From: Octopus sinensis
Taxonomy: Eukaryota
Assembly: GCF_006345805.1 (NCBI RefSeq)
Contig: NC_043004.1
Span: 39,432,001 to 39,496,000 of the forward strand
Reading direction: 5' to 3'
DNA length: 64,000 nt
The position numbers were made by a program, and so were the translations under genes. Below the pieces are notes generated by a model. The model was not told the DNA's origin. It worked only from the letters and a program-made list of their open reading frames with translations, and did no database searches. Numbering within the stretch: position 1 is the first letter of the stretch; every line of letters starts with the position of its first letter. Below are positions 36,041 to 48,971 of the stretch, piece after piece.

Positions 36041-36339
36041 GAGAGTGTTGCAAAACCATTATGCACAAATAAAATATGTTAGACACACGGTTAGTTGGTA
36101 TTAATTAAAGATAGAAATGTCTGCAAGAATTCACCAATTCCGATCAGTTGTTGAAAAATTTTTAAGTGCTATAATAAAATGTTATATTTCGAGAAACAGA
36201 TGTTTCACTTTTTGAAACTAGTAACATAAGAGTAGACGTGTTCTGTTAATGTCGCTCACTAATCTACATGCTATCACACGCTCAACTCCTCAGTACATTT
36301 GTTTGATTTTGTTTATAGAAAATTGATCTTTAACCTTAG

Positions 36340-37540
36340 AAATTCAAAGATCGATCATCGGGAGCGCTGCCTGTGTATCTGTCTAGGGATATGTCACTAG
36401 ACATAGATGTGGTGACAATCAATGGGACCAAAATTTCCGAGGTGTGAGCGTTCGTGCCCAACATCGGCGGCTATGAGGTGTGCGCATCTCCAAATCGACC
36501 TGGATTTGTAGGTACAGTCGCAGTGCTATTTCGGAAGGGCCTGGATCTCGCAATGCGGGCTGTCTGTTTTTGGACTCATAGGTCAGTCGATAGTACTGGA
36601 CGTAAACAACAGTGGAAGTCATACTTTATTACTAGTGGCCGTCAACTCCCCAGCAAGAGCAGGAAGGCCAGATTTCTTCACGCATCTAGTCTTTCTTAGA
36701 AATGTGTTACATTTTCATGTTAGTAGGAAATTAGGACGGCATCTTGGATGTATAATGTGTGGAGATGTCAATATCAGTAAGGATGAAAATGCTTCACAAA
36801 AGCCCTTAAGCATTTTTAAGTGTCTGACAAGTAGAGGCTGGGTTTCCCGAATGCTCCAATGTGGTCAGGGCCCAAACACATTTGTTCTTCAAGGTCGTGT
36901 CTAGATAGACTATTCTGCGGGTCGGTAGTTAGGTATAGAGTGAGTTGTCCGCAATCTAAAGTCACCGACTACATAAACTACCAATTGGAAATTTGTGCGG
37001 TTTTCCTAATTAGGTTTTGTAGTTTAAAAGAAGCTGAAGGCATCTTTCTCAACGTGCAAAGCTTACGACGAACAGATTATCGAAGTAGTTCAGCGGCTGT
37101 TGACGGGGGCAATCGTCAACAATAAATGATCGTTCGTCGTAAAGCTAGCATTTACGACTGAATCGATGTTTCAGTAAGAGACTAGGGATAAGAAAAACTA
37201 GGTTAGAAAGAGTTCTAGTTAAAAACTTAAAAGAAATGTGGCTGATTTGTTGTCGAAGGCGTATTTGGTTTTGTTGTCGGAGCTAAAGTGCTTGCTCTAG
37301 ATTACAAATAAATATAATCCTTTCGATGGCCCTGAATAACAGATACGCAACGTAGCAACAAAGCCACAATTCGGTCTTTGGTGGATCATGACGACGGCCT
37401 GCTACTAGATCCGAAACAGATGTGTGCGTCTTTTTAGTGGTAATGTATGCGACTGTTCAGAATAAGTATCGAATCAGATCGTAGGATGAACTTCAGTGCT
37501 ACGACTCTCTGTGATAGAGGCGGAGTGTAACGAAAAACCG
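36340..37540 (+). mobile_element. Old Tx1-like LINE fragment (APE endonuclease + linker)
   Basis: SLDIDVVTINGTK and GTVAVLFRKGLDL are APE-like. SNKATIRSLVDHDDGLLLDPKQMCASF aligns with GNKATIRSLVDEQGRELLEPSKMCEAF of the young copy. Many stops. Confidence 0.75.
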
Positions 37541-38265
37541 ATATTGTTATTGTTGCTTACCGGCATCTTGTCCGTCTTTACGCTTGGGTTCAAATTCTGC
37601 TGAGGTCAGCTTTGCTTTTCCTCGTTTCCAGGTCGATTAAATAAGCATGACTTGAGCCCAGGAATTGATGTAGTCGTCAAGCTCCCTCTCAGAACATATT
37701 GAATCTTATGCCTATAGCAGAAAGGATTATTCTTATCATAACTTTATATAATAAATAAATAAATAAATAACAGTCTGTCACAGACAAACAGACCGACTAA
37801 AGAACAACCTACTGATGGGTCGCTGATTCAAGTTCTCTGGTAACAATTGCAGTGTGTTCCGAAACAAAATATTTTGCTCTCAACGGCCGAGTTTGGTATA
37901 TTATTTCTGGGAGGTAACATTACTGAAGATTCCCCATAAACTACTAATTTCTTATTGACTTAAAATTATGTGTACATAAACTAAAGATAAACCTGGTTTT
38001 TGAAATTCGGAAATCCTAGAAAAGCAAAAATTAAGATACAAAGAAAGCAAATGTTTTCTATTGAATTTTCAGTTATTTAGAAAAAGTATTTAAAATCTTC
38101 CAACTTCAGTATTGGCTATCTTTTTTTCACCTTGCAAACTTTACGCTAAATAATATCTTTTTCTCTCTCTCTATCTTTCCCTATCTCTCTTTCCTTCACT
38201 CTTTCTTTCTCTCTCAGTCACTCTCTCTCTCTCTATCTTTCCCTATCTCTCTTTCCCTCACTCTT

Positions 38266-38329
<64 letters not shown>

Positions 38330-38922
38330 ACTCTTTTTCTCTTTCTTTTTGGAAAATAACTTTGAAAGCACACAAACCTCATCTTTTTCATTTGTGTTTT
38401 TGAAATTACGAAACATTTTTTTATTAAATACCATTAAAGAAAATGTGATTTCATATCATGGTTTACTGTGTGTGTTTTTTTAAATTTCATTTTAGAATAC
38501 AAGAGTAATAATATATACCTTGGATAAGTTGCCTCATTTACTTGGTTTTATGAAAAATAGAGCAACAAAACACTTACCTAAAAAGAAAAGTATGAAAAAA
38601 GGAAGCACTGAAGCAAATTATAAAAAGTAAACATATAATTTTGTAATAATACTTTGTAATGGCAGAATTTCTTTGACTTTTCATTAAGCAAAGAAACGCG
38701 CATCTTTTTTTTTTTCAAATATAAGTTTTATCTAAAAAAACTCCAAGATAAAACAGAGAAAGGAAAATCGTTAGAGTGTCGAACAAAATACAATCAAGTC
38801 GTAGCCTTTTACGATCTGACGATCTGATTTCAAAATACGTCGAGGCCAGCATATTTTTCATCATTCTGTGTCAAAAACTTAGGTGGGGATATAATTGACT
38901 GCTCACTTCCTCCTGTTTAACC

Positions 38923-39153
38923 TATTTCTTTATTACCCACAAGGGGCTAAACATAGAGGGGACAAACAAGGACAGACATAGGTATTAAGTCGATTACATC
39001 GACCCCAGTGCGTAAATGGTACTTTATTTATCGACCCCGAAAGAATGAAAGGTAAAGTCGACCTCGGCGGAATTTGAACTCACAACGTAACGGCAGACGA
39101 AATACCGCTAAGCATTTCGCCCGACGTGCTAACGTTTCTGCCAGCTCGCCGCC
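38923..39153 (-). mobile_element. Family C SINE, monomer
   Basis: Full copy with imperfect ~15-bp TSD TCCTG(T/C)TTAACCTA. Confidence 0.88.
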
Positions 39154-39192
39154 TTCCCTCCTGCTTAACCTATGATAGAAAGTATTAGGGCA

Positions 39193-39930
39193 GTTGTTGT
39201 TGTTGGCATCCTTTTGTCTCGGGAGACAATGGAGTTGCACGTAAAATAATCCAGTCCGGTTTTTACATTTCATGTCCTAATACATCTCCTGCTGTGACTG
39301 TGTAGTCCTATCCTGGACAAACACTCCCTCTGGCAGGTGCCGCAAATGTAGCGAAGACTTTGCCTGACTGCTTGTAATGTCATAGTTTCTTGTTGACGTC
39401 TTTTCTTGTCTTTCTATTTCTCCTCTCTCCCTCTGTCACTCCTTTGTGTTCCCTCTTTTACGGTGCGTCGCCAAACTCCACGGTTGCTGGTAACCGTTTC
39501 CCAGTTGCTAATATTGATGTCGCAGGCCTTCATGTCCCTTTTGCAAACATCCTTGTATCGTAAGAACTGTCTTCCCACAGACATGGTGCCCCTAGCAAGC
39601 TCTCCGTAGAGTATGTCCTTGGGGATTCTTCCATCTTCCATACGACTAACATGTCCAAGCCATCTCATACGTCTTTTTCTGAGAAGTGCAAAAATATTTG
39701 GTATTCCTGCTTGCTTGAAGACATCTTTGTTGGGGACACGATTCTGCCATTTGATGCTAAGAATTTTCCGGAGGCAGCGCAGGTGAAAGATATTTAGGCG
39801 ACGCTCTTGACGTATGTATGGCGTCCAGGTGCTAAGTACACATACATGGTAAATCTTCATTTTCGTGGTCTTGGTCAGCTTTTTGTTGTCCCATGCCTGT
39901 TTGGAGAGTTGGGCCATCACGGCAGCAGTG
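39193..39930 (-). mobile_element. RTE (BovB-like) LINE 3' fragment
   Basis: FHLRCLRKILSIKWQNRV..RRMRWLGHVSRMEDGRIPKDILYGEL..RYKDVCKRDMKAC. (CAA)n tail. Confidence 0.88.
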
Positions 39931-40469
39931 GATTGGCAGAATCATTAGAGCGTCGGAAAAATGTATTACAGCGATTGTTCCAGCTTCTTACATTCTGAGT
40001 TCGAATCCCACCGATGTCAACTTCGCTTTCGTCCTTTCGAAGTCGATAAAATAAAGTCCTAGTCAAGAACTGATCTCGATTTCATTGAAGAACCCTTCCC
40101 CATAAACTTCAGGCCTTGCACTTAAGGAAGAAAATTTTTATCTAAAATGTAAGTGGTTTGATCAAATTGTTAGCGGGTCAGTCAAAATACCTCGCGGTAT
40201 TTGTCTCTGTTTATTACGCTTGGATCAAATCTTGTCATGATTAACTTTCCATTTCATTATTTCGGGAACGACGAAATAAAGCACATGGGCCAATGTAATT
40301 GACTACTCTTAAAATAAAATTTAGCCTATATTAGAATGGATTATTATTTTCGGATACGGCGACGAGCTGGCAGGATCGTTATCGCGCCGGGCAAAATGCT
40401 TTGAAATAAGTACCAGTTGAGTACTGGGTCGATGAAATCGACTATCCCCCTCCCCCATAAAAGAAAGCA

Positions 40470-40517
40470 TTATCATTATTATTATTACTATTATCATTAT
40501 TATTATTGTTATTATTA

Positions 40518-40549
<32 letters not shown>

Positions 40550-40690
40550 GAGTGAGAGAGTAGTGCCTGCCATCAATGTGACACTGGGGTAAGATATACG
40601 AAGCCCAGTGTAACCAGCATGACTACCCGTCTGATAAGGGTACACTAGACACATGCATCACAACCATATGTGAGCGGCATGGTGATTATT
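40470..40690 (-). mobile_element. Retroposon 3' end with (TAA)n tail
   Basis: Unique body followed on the minus strand by a long ATA/ATG trinucleotide tail. Confidence 0.5.
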
Positions 40691-40694
40691 ATTA

Positions 40695-40910
40695 AGGCGG
40701 TGAGCTGGCAGACTCGTTACCACGCCAAGAAAAATGCTTGGCGGCATTTTGTCCGACATTACCTTCTGAGTTCAAATTTTGTCGTGATCGACTTTGCCTT
40801 TCATCCTTTGGAGATCGATAAAATAAGTACAGGTTGAGCCCTAAGGCCGATGTAATCGACCTTTCCCTTCTCCAAAAACTTGCTGGCCTAGTGCCAAAAT
40901 TTGAAATCAT
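40695..40910 (+). mobile_element. Family C SINE
   Basis: Head, core and tail match. Confidence 0.8.
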
Positions 40911-41209
40911 TATTATCGGTACTACAGTCGTGACCAGGCAGAAACTTCCTCGATGGCTGGTATGTTTGCTATTGTAGAAAAGATGAAAATAGTTTTGACA
41001 CAGTATGCTGCATCATCGACAACGTCCTTGTTTTCCAACTCTATAAATGACTGAAACCAATTTTTCATCTTACTGATTTTAATTTTCTTCATCCTTCAAA
41101 TACAATTTATTAATTTTTCTTCTAGATACGAAAGTTGCTATATATCGGAAGATCATCTGATAATATATATTCCTAGTATTATTAACCAATTTTCCTAACG
41201 GCTGAAATA

Positions 41210-41400
41210 CTGGTTTGAAATGTTGGCACAAGGCCAGCAATTTCGGTGGGAGCTGTAAGTCAATTACAAAAACCTCAGTGTTTAATTGGTACTTATTTTA
41301 TCGACCCCGAAATGAGAAAAACAGTCAACCTCGGCGGAAGACGGAGAAAATGCCGCTAAGCATTGCGCCCGGCGTGCTAACAATTCTGCCAGCTCGGCGC
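41210..41400 (-). mobile_element. Family C SINE, diverged
   Basis: Reverse-complement head and core. Confidence 0.7.
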
Positions 41401-41639
41401 TTAATTAATGGTTCTAATACTATAAAATGAAGAACTTTCAATTACGGACTGAAACAGTATCCTACTCTCGACATGTCTTCGAAAGTTTACATTTTGCTTC
41501 GCATTTTTTTTCCATCAGAAATATCGATTATTCTTTTATATTTTTGATGTTGTTTAGATCAATATTGGTCTCGATGGACCACAACAATGATCAAAACGAT
41601 TAAAATCATTAATATCCCGTCTTTCAATTCAAACCCGAC

Positions 41640-41875
41640 ACAAGGGACATGCAGGCACAGGACCGCTCTGCCAGGCATAACTACAGTAACAGACGTACCA
41701 CCTCCTACGAACAAAATAGGAGCGCCGAAGCACAAAGAACACGTGAGCCGCGCAAGTCCGGAACCAACTCCTTGTCCTCATCCCTAGCAGATCACCAGCG
41801 CCCAACATGCGGTAGAACTCTTGGAGCACGCATCGGCCTGATCGGCCACAGCCCAATGCCTCGTCATCCCTCTCC
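41640..41875 (+). mobile_element. RTE LINE C-terminal fragment
   Basis: AQDRSA..TSYEQNRSAEAQR..PTCGRTLGARIGLIGHS resembles the RTE terminal CxxC..RIGLxSH region. Confidence 0.7.
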
Positions 41876-42329
41876 CATGCTTAACGGCATTTCGTCCGTC
41901 TTTACATTCTGTGTTCAAATTCCGCCGAGGTTGAATTTCATTATTTCTGGGTCGATAAATTAATTACCGATGTAAGCGACTCATCCGCTCCCCCAAAATT
42001 GCTGCCTGTGTGGGAAAATCTAAAACCATTATTATTATTATTTTATTATTATTATTATATTATTATTATTATTATTATTATTACTATTTGTTTGACTTTT
42101 GCTTTGTAATTGTACAAGTTGGCTCCAAGTCTCACCTCAAGATACAACAAGTTAGAAGTTCATGTTGGTGTTATGCCTAGGGTATCATATATTTGGTTTT
42201 GCACATAGTATTGTTCTAGTATTGTTTAAGAAAGCATGAGAAAATTGAGTTTGTTTTAAAATTTGACGTGATGGTCATGAGTAATATGCCTTTAGTCATA
42301 ACTAGCTCTTTGGAGGATGACTTGATGCT

Positions 42330-42670
42330 TATTATTATTTTATTATTATTATTATTATCATTATTATTATATTCATTATTATTATTATTATTATTATCAT
42401 TATTTTCATTATTATTATTATTATTATTATTATTTTCATTATTATTATTATTATTATTATTTTCATTATTATTATTATTATTATATTCATTATTATTATT
42501 ATTATTTTCATTATTATTATTATTATTATTATATTCATTATTATTATTATTATTATTATTTTCATTATTATTATTATTATTTTCATTATTATTATTATTA
42601 TTATTATTTTCATTATTTTCATTATTATTATTATTATTATCTTCATTATTATTATTATCATCATCATTAT
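42330..42670. repeat. (TTA)n array punctuated by TTTTCA/TATTCA
   Basis: Direct reading. Confidence 0.95.
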
Positions 42671-43933
42671 CATATAGTATAACCTATAAGCACCTTCTTA
42701 TAAGCACAAAAGGTGTGGTTTGAGGGAGATTTGACTAACTATTTCGACCTTGGAGAAGCTTCCTTGAAAGCTTAAAAGGGTCATATTCGGTTAACTAGAT
42801 TTTACGCTTAATGACCAGGACCCCATCGTTGCTTAGCATCAAGTAATCCTCTAAAGAGCTAAGTTATGTCTAAAGGCACATCATCCATGACCATCACGTC
42901 TTTTTTTATGTATATGGTCAGCTACATTGTCCAATGAATCCGTCTCTATCGAAGACCACAGGGCTTCATTTGAGAGTGATTTGGTTGATATTTCTAGCTA
43001 GTCGAATAACTTTATAGAATGTCCTTAGAGAAATACTGCAACACATTGGTAACATCTGTCTATTAATCAGACTCTTGTTATCGTAATTATTAGCATATCA
43101 AGGAAGCTACAGCTTGTATCAATTCCAAAATATAAATAAATAAATAGAAAGTATATAATAAACAAAAAACATGATAACATCAGTTATATAATATAAAATA
43201 TATAAATATAAATGAAGTTCTATTAATTAATATTTTGGAGATTTTGCATACAATATATACGCACATATTTACATATATATGCACATCTATTAACCATCTA
43301 TGTATGTATGTATGTATGTATGCGTGTATATGTGTATGTATGTATGTATGTATGTATATATGTATGCGTGTATATGTGTAAGTATGTATGTATGTATATA
43401 TGTATGCGTGTATATGTGTATGTATGTATGTATGTATATATGTATGTGTGCATGTATGAGTGAATGCATGTATGTGAGATTATGAATATATGTTTATAGT
43501 ATGGTTATATATACATATGCACGCGCGTGTGTATGAATATACTTACGCACTAACGCACAAACACACAAGCACATACAAAAAATAACACTGAGATGCAAAC
43601 ATATAGTTGCTATTGTTAACACTAACCCTGACTGGTGCGCCCTCTAACAGTTTGTCCTGCTTTAACGTATAAAAGCCTTCTTTGTTGTTGATGTTGTTTT
43701 CTTTTTTAAAAAAAACAACAATTTCATGTAGAATTTAATTATTTCTTAGTGAATTGAAATTAATTTCTTTTTTTCATTTCGCATCTCTTTCCCTCTCTCT
43801 CTCTCTCTGTCCCTTCTCGCCCACTCTCCTTTCTACGTATACTTAATAACATAGTAAGCAATAATTTAGTTAAACAGAGAAATACAGAACACAATTGTTA
43901 GCAGTGTCTTTCTTTATATATGTACTCTGTATG

Positions 43934-43969
<36 letters not shown>

Positions 43970-43989
43970 ATGTGTGTGTGTGTGTATAT

Positions 43990-44022
<33 letters not shown>

Positions 44023-44219
44023 CGATATAGGTCTGCATGTATATATATATATATACATATATGTATTGCATACAGATAACTAGATAGATAAATACACACT
44101 CATATATGTATTCATATGCACATATATATACACGGTTACAAGGTTTCCCTAATTGTGTGATATCTCTCTCATTCTCACCCCCTGTCCTTCTCTCTCTCTC
44201 TCTTTCCTCTCTCTCTCTT

Positions 44220-44254
<35 letters not shown>

Positions 44255-44259
44255 TCTCT

Positions 44260-44290
<31 letters not shown>

Positions 44291-44759
44291 TCATCCTTCA
44301 AGGAAAATAGAGCTAAATGACTTTTTGCGATGTCAGCAGACTTTTTGCAGCGCTTCTCTTGAAGGACAGACCATGTCTGCACTCTTCTCTGATTCTGCTT
44401 TCATTCTTTATTGCTGCCACTGAAGATATTGGAAACAGTTTCAACATTAAATTCTGTATTTCACAAGGTTCTAGTTTTAGGGTGTCACTTTTGGATTTAC
44501 AGCAACCCAAGATCGATCAAATATCTAACAAATATATTGTCCGAAGGAATTTATTTTCATTCACTGTTGCCTCTCTCTTACTTTAGACATCGTTTGCTTG
44601 ATCTATCGCACGATAAATTTTAGGTTTGTACAAGGCTTATCCTCCCCTTCATCATGTAAGAGGTCACGTAGTTTGTTTATTTTACGTTAAAATCCACTGT
44701 GAAGGTGTATGGCTTAATGGTTTGGGTATTCGGCTCACGACATTACCATCGTAAGGTCC

Positions 44760-44875
44760 TATGTTCGATTCTTTCAGTTTCCGTATACCAAATCAACTCA
44801 CAAGGCTTTGGTCGGCCAGAGGCTATAGCAGAAGACACTTGCCTGAGGTGCCATGCAGTGGGACTGAACCCGGTT
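44760..44875 (-). mobile_element. Truncated family A SINE
   Basis: CORE-like segment only. Confidence 0.75.
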
Positions 44876-45277
44876 GTGAAGTATTTGTTTCTTTTGTGAA
44901 GAAAGTACCCTGTTTTTTTTTGCTTTCTCGATGTACCAGCCAAATGAAATTCGGACTATAATGCGACTGCTCCACATTTCTTTTTCGATACACAGGAATA
45001 TACATGGATTCTACATACTAGATAATTGGTGTATACATGTGTGTGTGTGCGTGTGTTGGTATATATATATGTATAAGTTTAATGATGCAAACAAGCAAAT
45101 GGAACACAAAATGAGAGCATATGCGCATGATTTATATTAATAATTGACTGAGGTTACAGAGGGACTCAAACGCAGAGAGTTTCGAAAGAATATGCCAATA
45201 TCACTGATATATAATATATGGCCCTTGATTTGAAACCATTTTGATAAGTGTCAATACACTATGATCCAGGATCTAAC

Positions 45278-45343
<66 letters not shown>

Positions 45344-45510
45344 TGTCTTCTACTATAGCTTCCGGCCAACAAAAGCCTTGTGAGTGAATTTGGTAAACGG
45401 AAACTGAAAAAAGCTCGTCATGTGTGTGTGTGTGTGTGTGTGTGTGTGAGTCTGTGTGTTTCTTTTAGTTTTTGTATTTTCCAGTGATATGCTCTGTCTA
45501 TTATCTTAAC

Positions 45511-45990
45511 TTCATCCCACAGAGGGGAGGTGGTCTCCATTTTTCCATACATGATCAGCTATACCCGATTTATCAATATCTCCTCGTGTCACAGCTTTGC
45601 GATGTTCGTCTACCTTTATTTTGAGGGGGCGGCATGTTTCGCCTTTGTATAACCTACCACAGCTGCATGGGATGGAGTACACGCAGTCTTTGGTCATATT
45701 CTCTTCTATTGGTAGTTTTACTCGAAGGAGATATTTGCGAAGTGTTGTATTACTTTTGAAAACTATCCTGATGTCATATGGGCCGCATATCTTTTGTGTA
45801 TCGCGATCACTACTAATATTCTTTGCACGATGTTTTAGGCACTGAGCAATTCCTCTCTTTACACTGTATGGATGGTGGGAATTAAAATTGAGATATCCAA
45901 TAAAGGTCGGCTTGCGGTATACGGATATCCTGAATCCATACTTGGTGCGTGTTATTAATACGTTTAGGAATGCCAGGTGTTTGTCTTTTT
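45511..45990 (-). mobile_element. Penelope-like element fragment (RT thumb + GIY-YIG)
   Basis: LAFLNVLITRTKYGFRISVYRKPTFIGYLNFNSHHP and CVYSIPCSCGRLYKGETCRPL. Confidence 0.88.
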
Positions 45991-46434
45991 CTAGACATTT
46001 CTAGAAGTATTAATAACACGCTCCAAGTATGGATTCAGGACATCCGTATACCGGTAGCCGACCTTTACTGGACGAGACCTCCACTTCAATGGAGCTGTGG
46101 CTAGGTTATACAAAGGCGAAACATGCCGCCCCCTCAAAATAAAGGTAGACGAATATCGCAAAGCTGTGACACGAGGAGATATTGATAAATCGGGTATAGC
46201 TGATCATGTATGGAAAAATGGAGACCACCTCCCCCTGTGGGATGAATTTAAAATAATAGACAGAGAACACCACTGGAAAATACGAAAACTAAAGGAAGCA
46301 GCACATATGCAAGGACACAACAACCTCCTAAGCAGATCGAGTGCAGATATGAGCAGCATATGGGAACCGGTACTACGGAAGGATAGGAAAATATAAGATT
46401 TATAAGCCCTAAAATTCACTCCATAATTGGCAAC

Positions 46435-46505
46435 GGGCATATGGTGTAGTGGTTAAGAGCGTGGGGTTACTAACCCCAAGATTCCGAGTTCGATTCCAAG
46501 CAGTG
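46435..46505 (+). promoter_or_regulatory. tRNA-like Pol III A/B-box cassette (not a functional tRNA)
   Basis: A box TGGTGTAGTGG, anticodon-like arm GGGG-TTACTAA-CCCC, B box GAGTTCGATTCC. Acceptor and T stems poorly paired. Confidence 0.6.
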
Positions 46506-46569
46506 ACCTAATAATAATAACATCGGAAAATACCTTAGGAATGAGAACCCAGGTTCGAAATTTCTCCAA

Positions 46570-46615
46570 GACACCTGAAGAAGGATGGAGAGTATATCAG
46601 CCGAAACGTTGTGTT
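46570..46615 (+). ncRNA. Minimal type I hammerhead ribozyme (PLE-type, palindromic stem III)
   Basis: GACAC-CTGAAGA-A-GGATG..CAGCC-GAAA-CGTT-GTGTT. Stem I GACAC/GTGTT, AACGTT palindrome, one stem II mismatch. Confidence 0.6.
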
Positions 46616-46958
46616 AACAACAAACAAGATGAGGACAAATATCCGTGGAATGTAAATAATGCACATAATTCCTCATCTCTTAAATATTGAACAGCAAGAA
46701 TGAGTGCTCGACACCACATCGGTGGGTAAATATTCTTTATTTATGGGTTAACTGAGTAATAAGTAGTTTCATGTGAAGAGATCCATTATTTATTTTATAA
46801 ATAGCTTAAAAATATATATTTTATAAAGGAAGTATCCTGTCTTGTTTTGCTTTCTAAATGTACTCAACCAAATTAAACTCGGATTATTATGAAAGTATGC
46901 TCTACAGTCTCCTTTTGGATGTACAAAAATATACATGACTTCTACATACTAGTTAATT

Positions 46959-47009
<51 letters not shown>

Positions 47010-47012
<3 letters not shown>

Positions 47013-47240
47013 TTTCAATGGCTGCAGCGCACGACTGTGGCTTTGATCTGGTTGATCGCCCGCCCTATTCTCTTGATTTGGCATCATCTGGCTATCATCT
47101 GCCTCCCATCATGAAAAACACTTGGTTGGGAAAAACAGTTGGTTGGGAAAAAACACTTGGTGATGGTGACGTCATATCTGTTGTTGATGACGTTTACATG
47201 AACAGGATGAAAGATTCTCTACCAATGAGATCCAAAGAAG
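47010..47240 (+). mobile_element. Mariner (DD34D-type) transposase C-terminal relic
   Basis: DRPPYSLDLASSGYHLPPIMK resembles HPPYSPDLAPSDYHLF. Confidence 0.7.
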
Positions 47241-47244
47241 GCAA

Positions 47245-48531
47245 AAATTAAAATAACACATCATCTCATTTTAACAGATGTATTTACTAAAAATACATAA
47301 AAGTATCTTGGAATTCTAAAGAGTAAATTTATTCAATAAAATCGTCATTGGCTTCAACCACGGCCTCCAGACGACTTCAGAATCTTCTGCATCTCTTCTG
47401 GATGGTCTCCTTGTTTTTAAGTTGGTGAATGCTGCCATAATCCTTGCCTTCAGTTCATTTTTGATATTACAAGGAGTTTTGTCGGGCTCTCTCTCTCTCT
47501 CTCCCTCTCCCTCTCTCTCTCTCTCAACTGTGTCCCATACATAATGATCAAGGGGATAGCAGTCTGGGGAGATAGGTGGCCAGATGTTAGATGTGATGTG
47601 GTCACAGAAATTGTCTGACAGCCATGACTGGGTTCTTCAGCCTGTGTGGCATGGTGTAAGGTCCTGTTGCCAGACATAGGGTCTTCCAGCAGCCACCCTT
47701 TTGATGCAGGGCAGCACTAACTCCTGTATGTATTTGATGTAGGCCTCCATATTTAGTCTGAGGCCGCGTGGTAAGATGAATGGAAGTATAACGTCGCCAT
47801 CATTAGTGATCACTCCAAATATGATATTGACTGGATGTTTGATTTTTATCACTCTCGGTACATGTTTTGGGAACACGGTTAGCCAACGGTTGTGCTCACC
47901 CTCTGATCTTTGCAGAAATTTTTCTCGTCTGAGAAAAACCAAAGCATGTTCGGTTGGAAAGGATGCTTGAGTTTGTTCAAAAGTTTCGTAGTGCGGTCTT
48001 TCCTCTTGTCTTTGATGGCTTGGGATAAAAATTGACTTTTTCTCATCTTGTGTGAGGAATACCGGATGTCTTCATGCACTACCTGCCTGATAAGAAACTC
48101 AGACACTCCCAGATCCCTGGTGATGGACCTGATTGACTAGGAGGGATCATTGTCAATCGTGGCCTGGATCTCACCAACAAATTCAAGAGTTCTTTTCTTA
48201 TCAGAATGATCAGAGTAAATTTTCCAAGCTACCGTACCTTCGTAATCACCATTAGACTCATCCAACTCTTTCCGAATCCTCTGCACTGTCCTCAAAGTTG
48301 ATACCCAAACACTCTGAAATGTTCGCATTGGAACTTCCGGTGAGAATGCCAAGCAGCATAGCATGTCGCTTCTAAATTTCTGGCAGAGTGAATTGCGTCA
48401 TGATGCTGTCTTTCTCACACACGGGGCCCAACTGATGACCCTATTGTAATGTGTGGTCGACAAAATCAAAAAGAAAGTGCATGCACAAAATTAAAAATTT
48501 AAAATGGTGACAATTTACCCATCACACCCCG
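47245..48531 (-). mobile_element. Defective DD37D (maT) Tc1/mariner transposon
   Basis: WFFSDEKNF and WQQDLTPCH..WPPISPDCYPLD with 37 residues between the last two Asp. TIR-like end GACAATTTACCCATCACACCCCG at 48509-48531. Other TIR not found. Confidence 0.88.
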
Positions 48532-48547
48532 AATATATCTATATCTA

Positions 48548-48610
<63 letters not shown>

Positions 48611-48739
48611 TCTTTCTCTTTACTCTTTACTGCTTAAGGTCGTAACTAAATAAAGCAAGACATGTTGTCTGAAAAATCTAACCATTCGTTCAGTCCAATG
48701 CGATATATGCCTACGCAGGAACTTTTATGTCTATATATA

Positions 48740-48771
<32 letters not shown>

Positions 48772-48888
48772 GTGTATGTATGTATGTATGTGTATTTGTA
48801 CATGTATGTACGTATACATATTTATATTTATGTATACGTCTATACATACATATGTGCGTGTATATATATATGTATCTATCTGCACGTG

Positions 48889-48971
<83 letters not shown>

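Larger units (their letters stand above)
46003..46712 (+). mobile_element. Penelope-like element 3' part, inverted relative to 45511-45990
   Basis: GIY-YIG C-terminus (RKLKEAAHM), stop at 46396, then tRNA-like segment and hammerhead motif. Confidence 0.85.

Noticed and set aside
44313-44586. MGCCKSKSD lipidation-like N-terminus and overlapping ORFs
   Set aside because: Non-ATG start, no splice support, no recognisable family.
46435-46505. Functional tRNA gene
   Set aside because: Acceptor and T stems do not pair and there is no poly-T terminator; treated as a tRNA-derived cassette.
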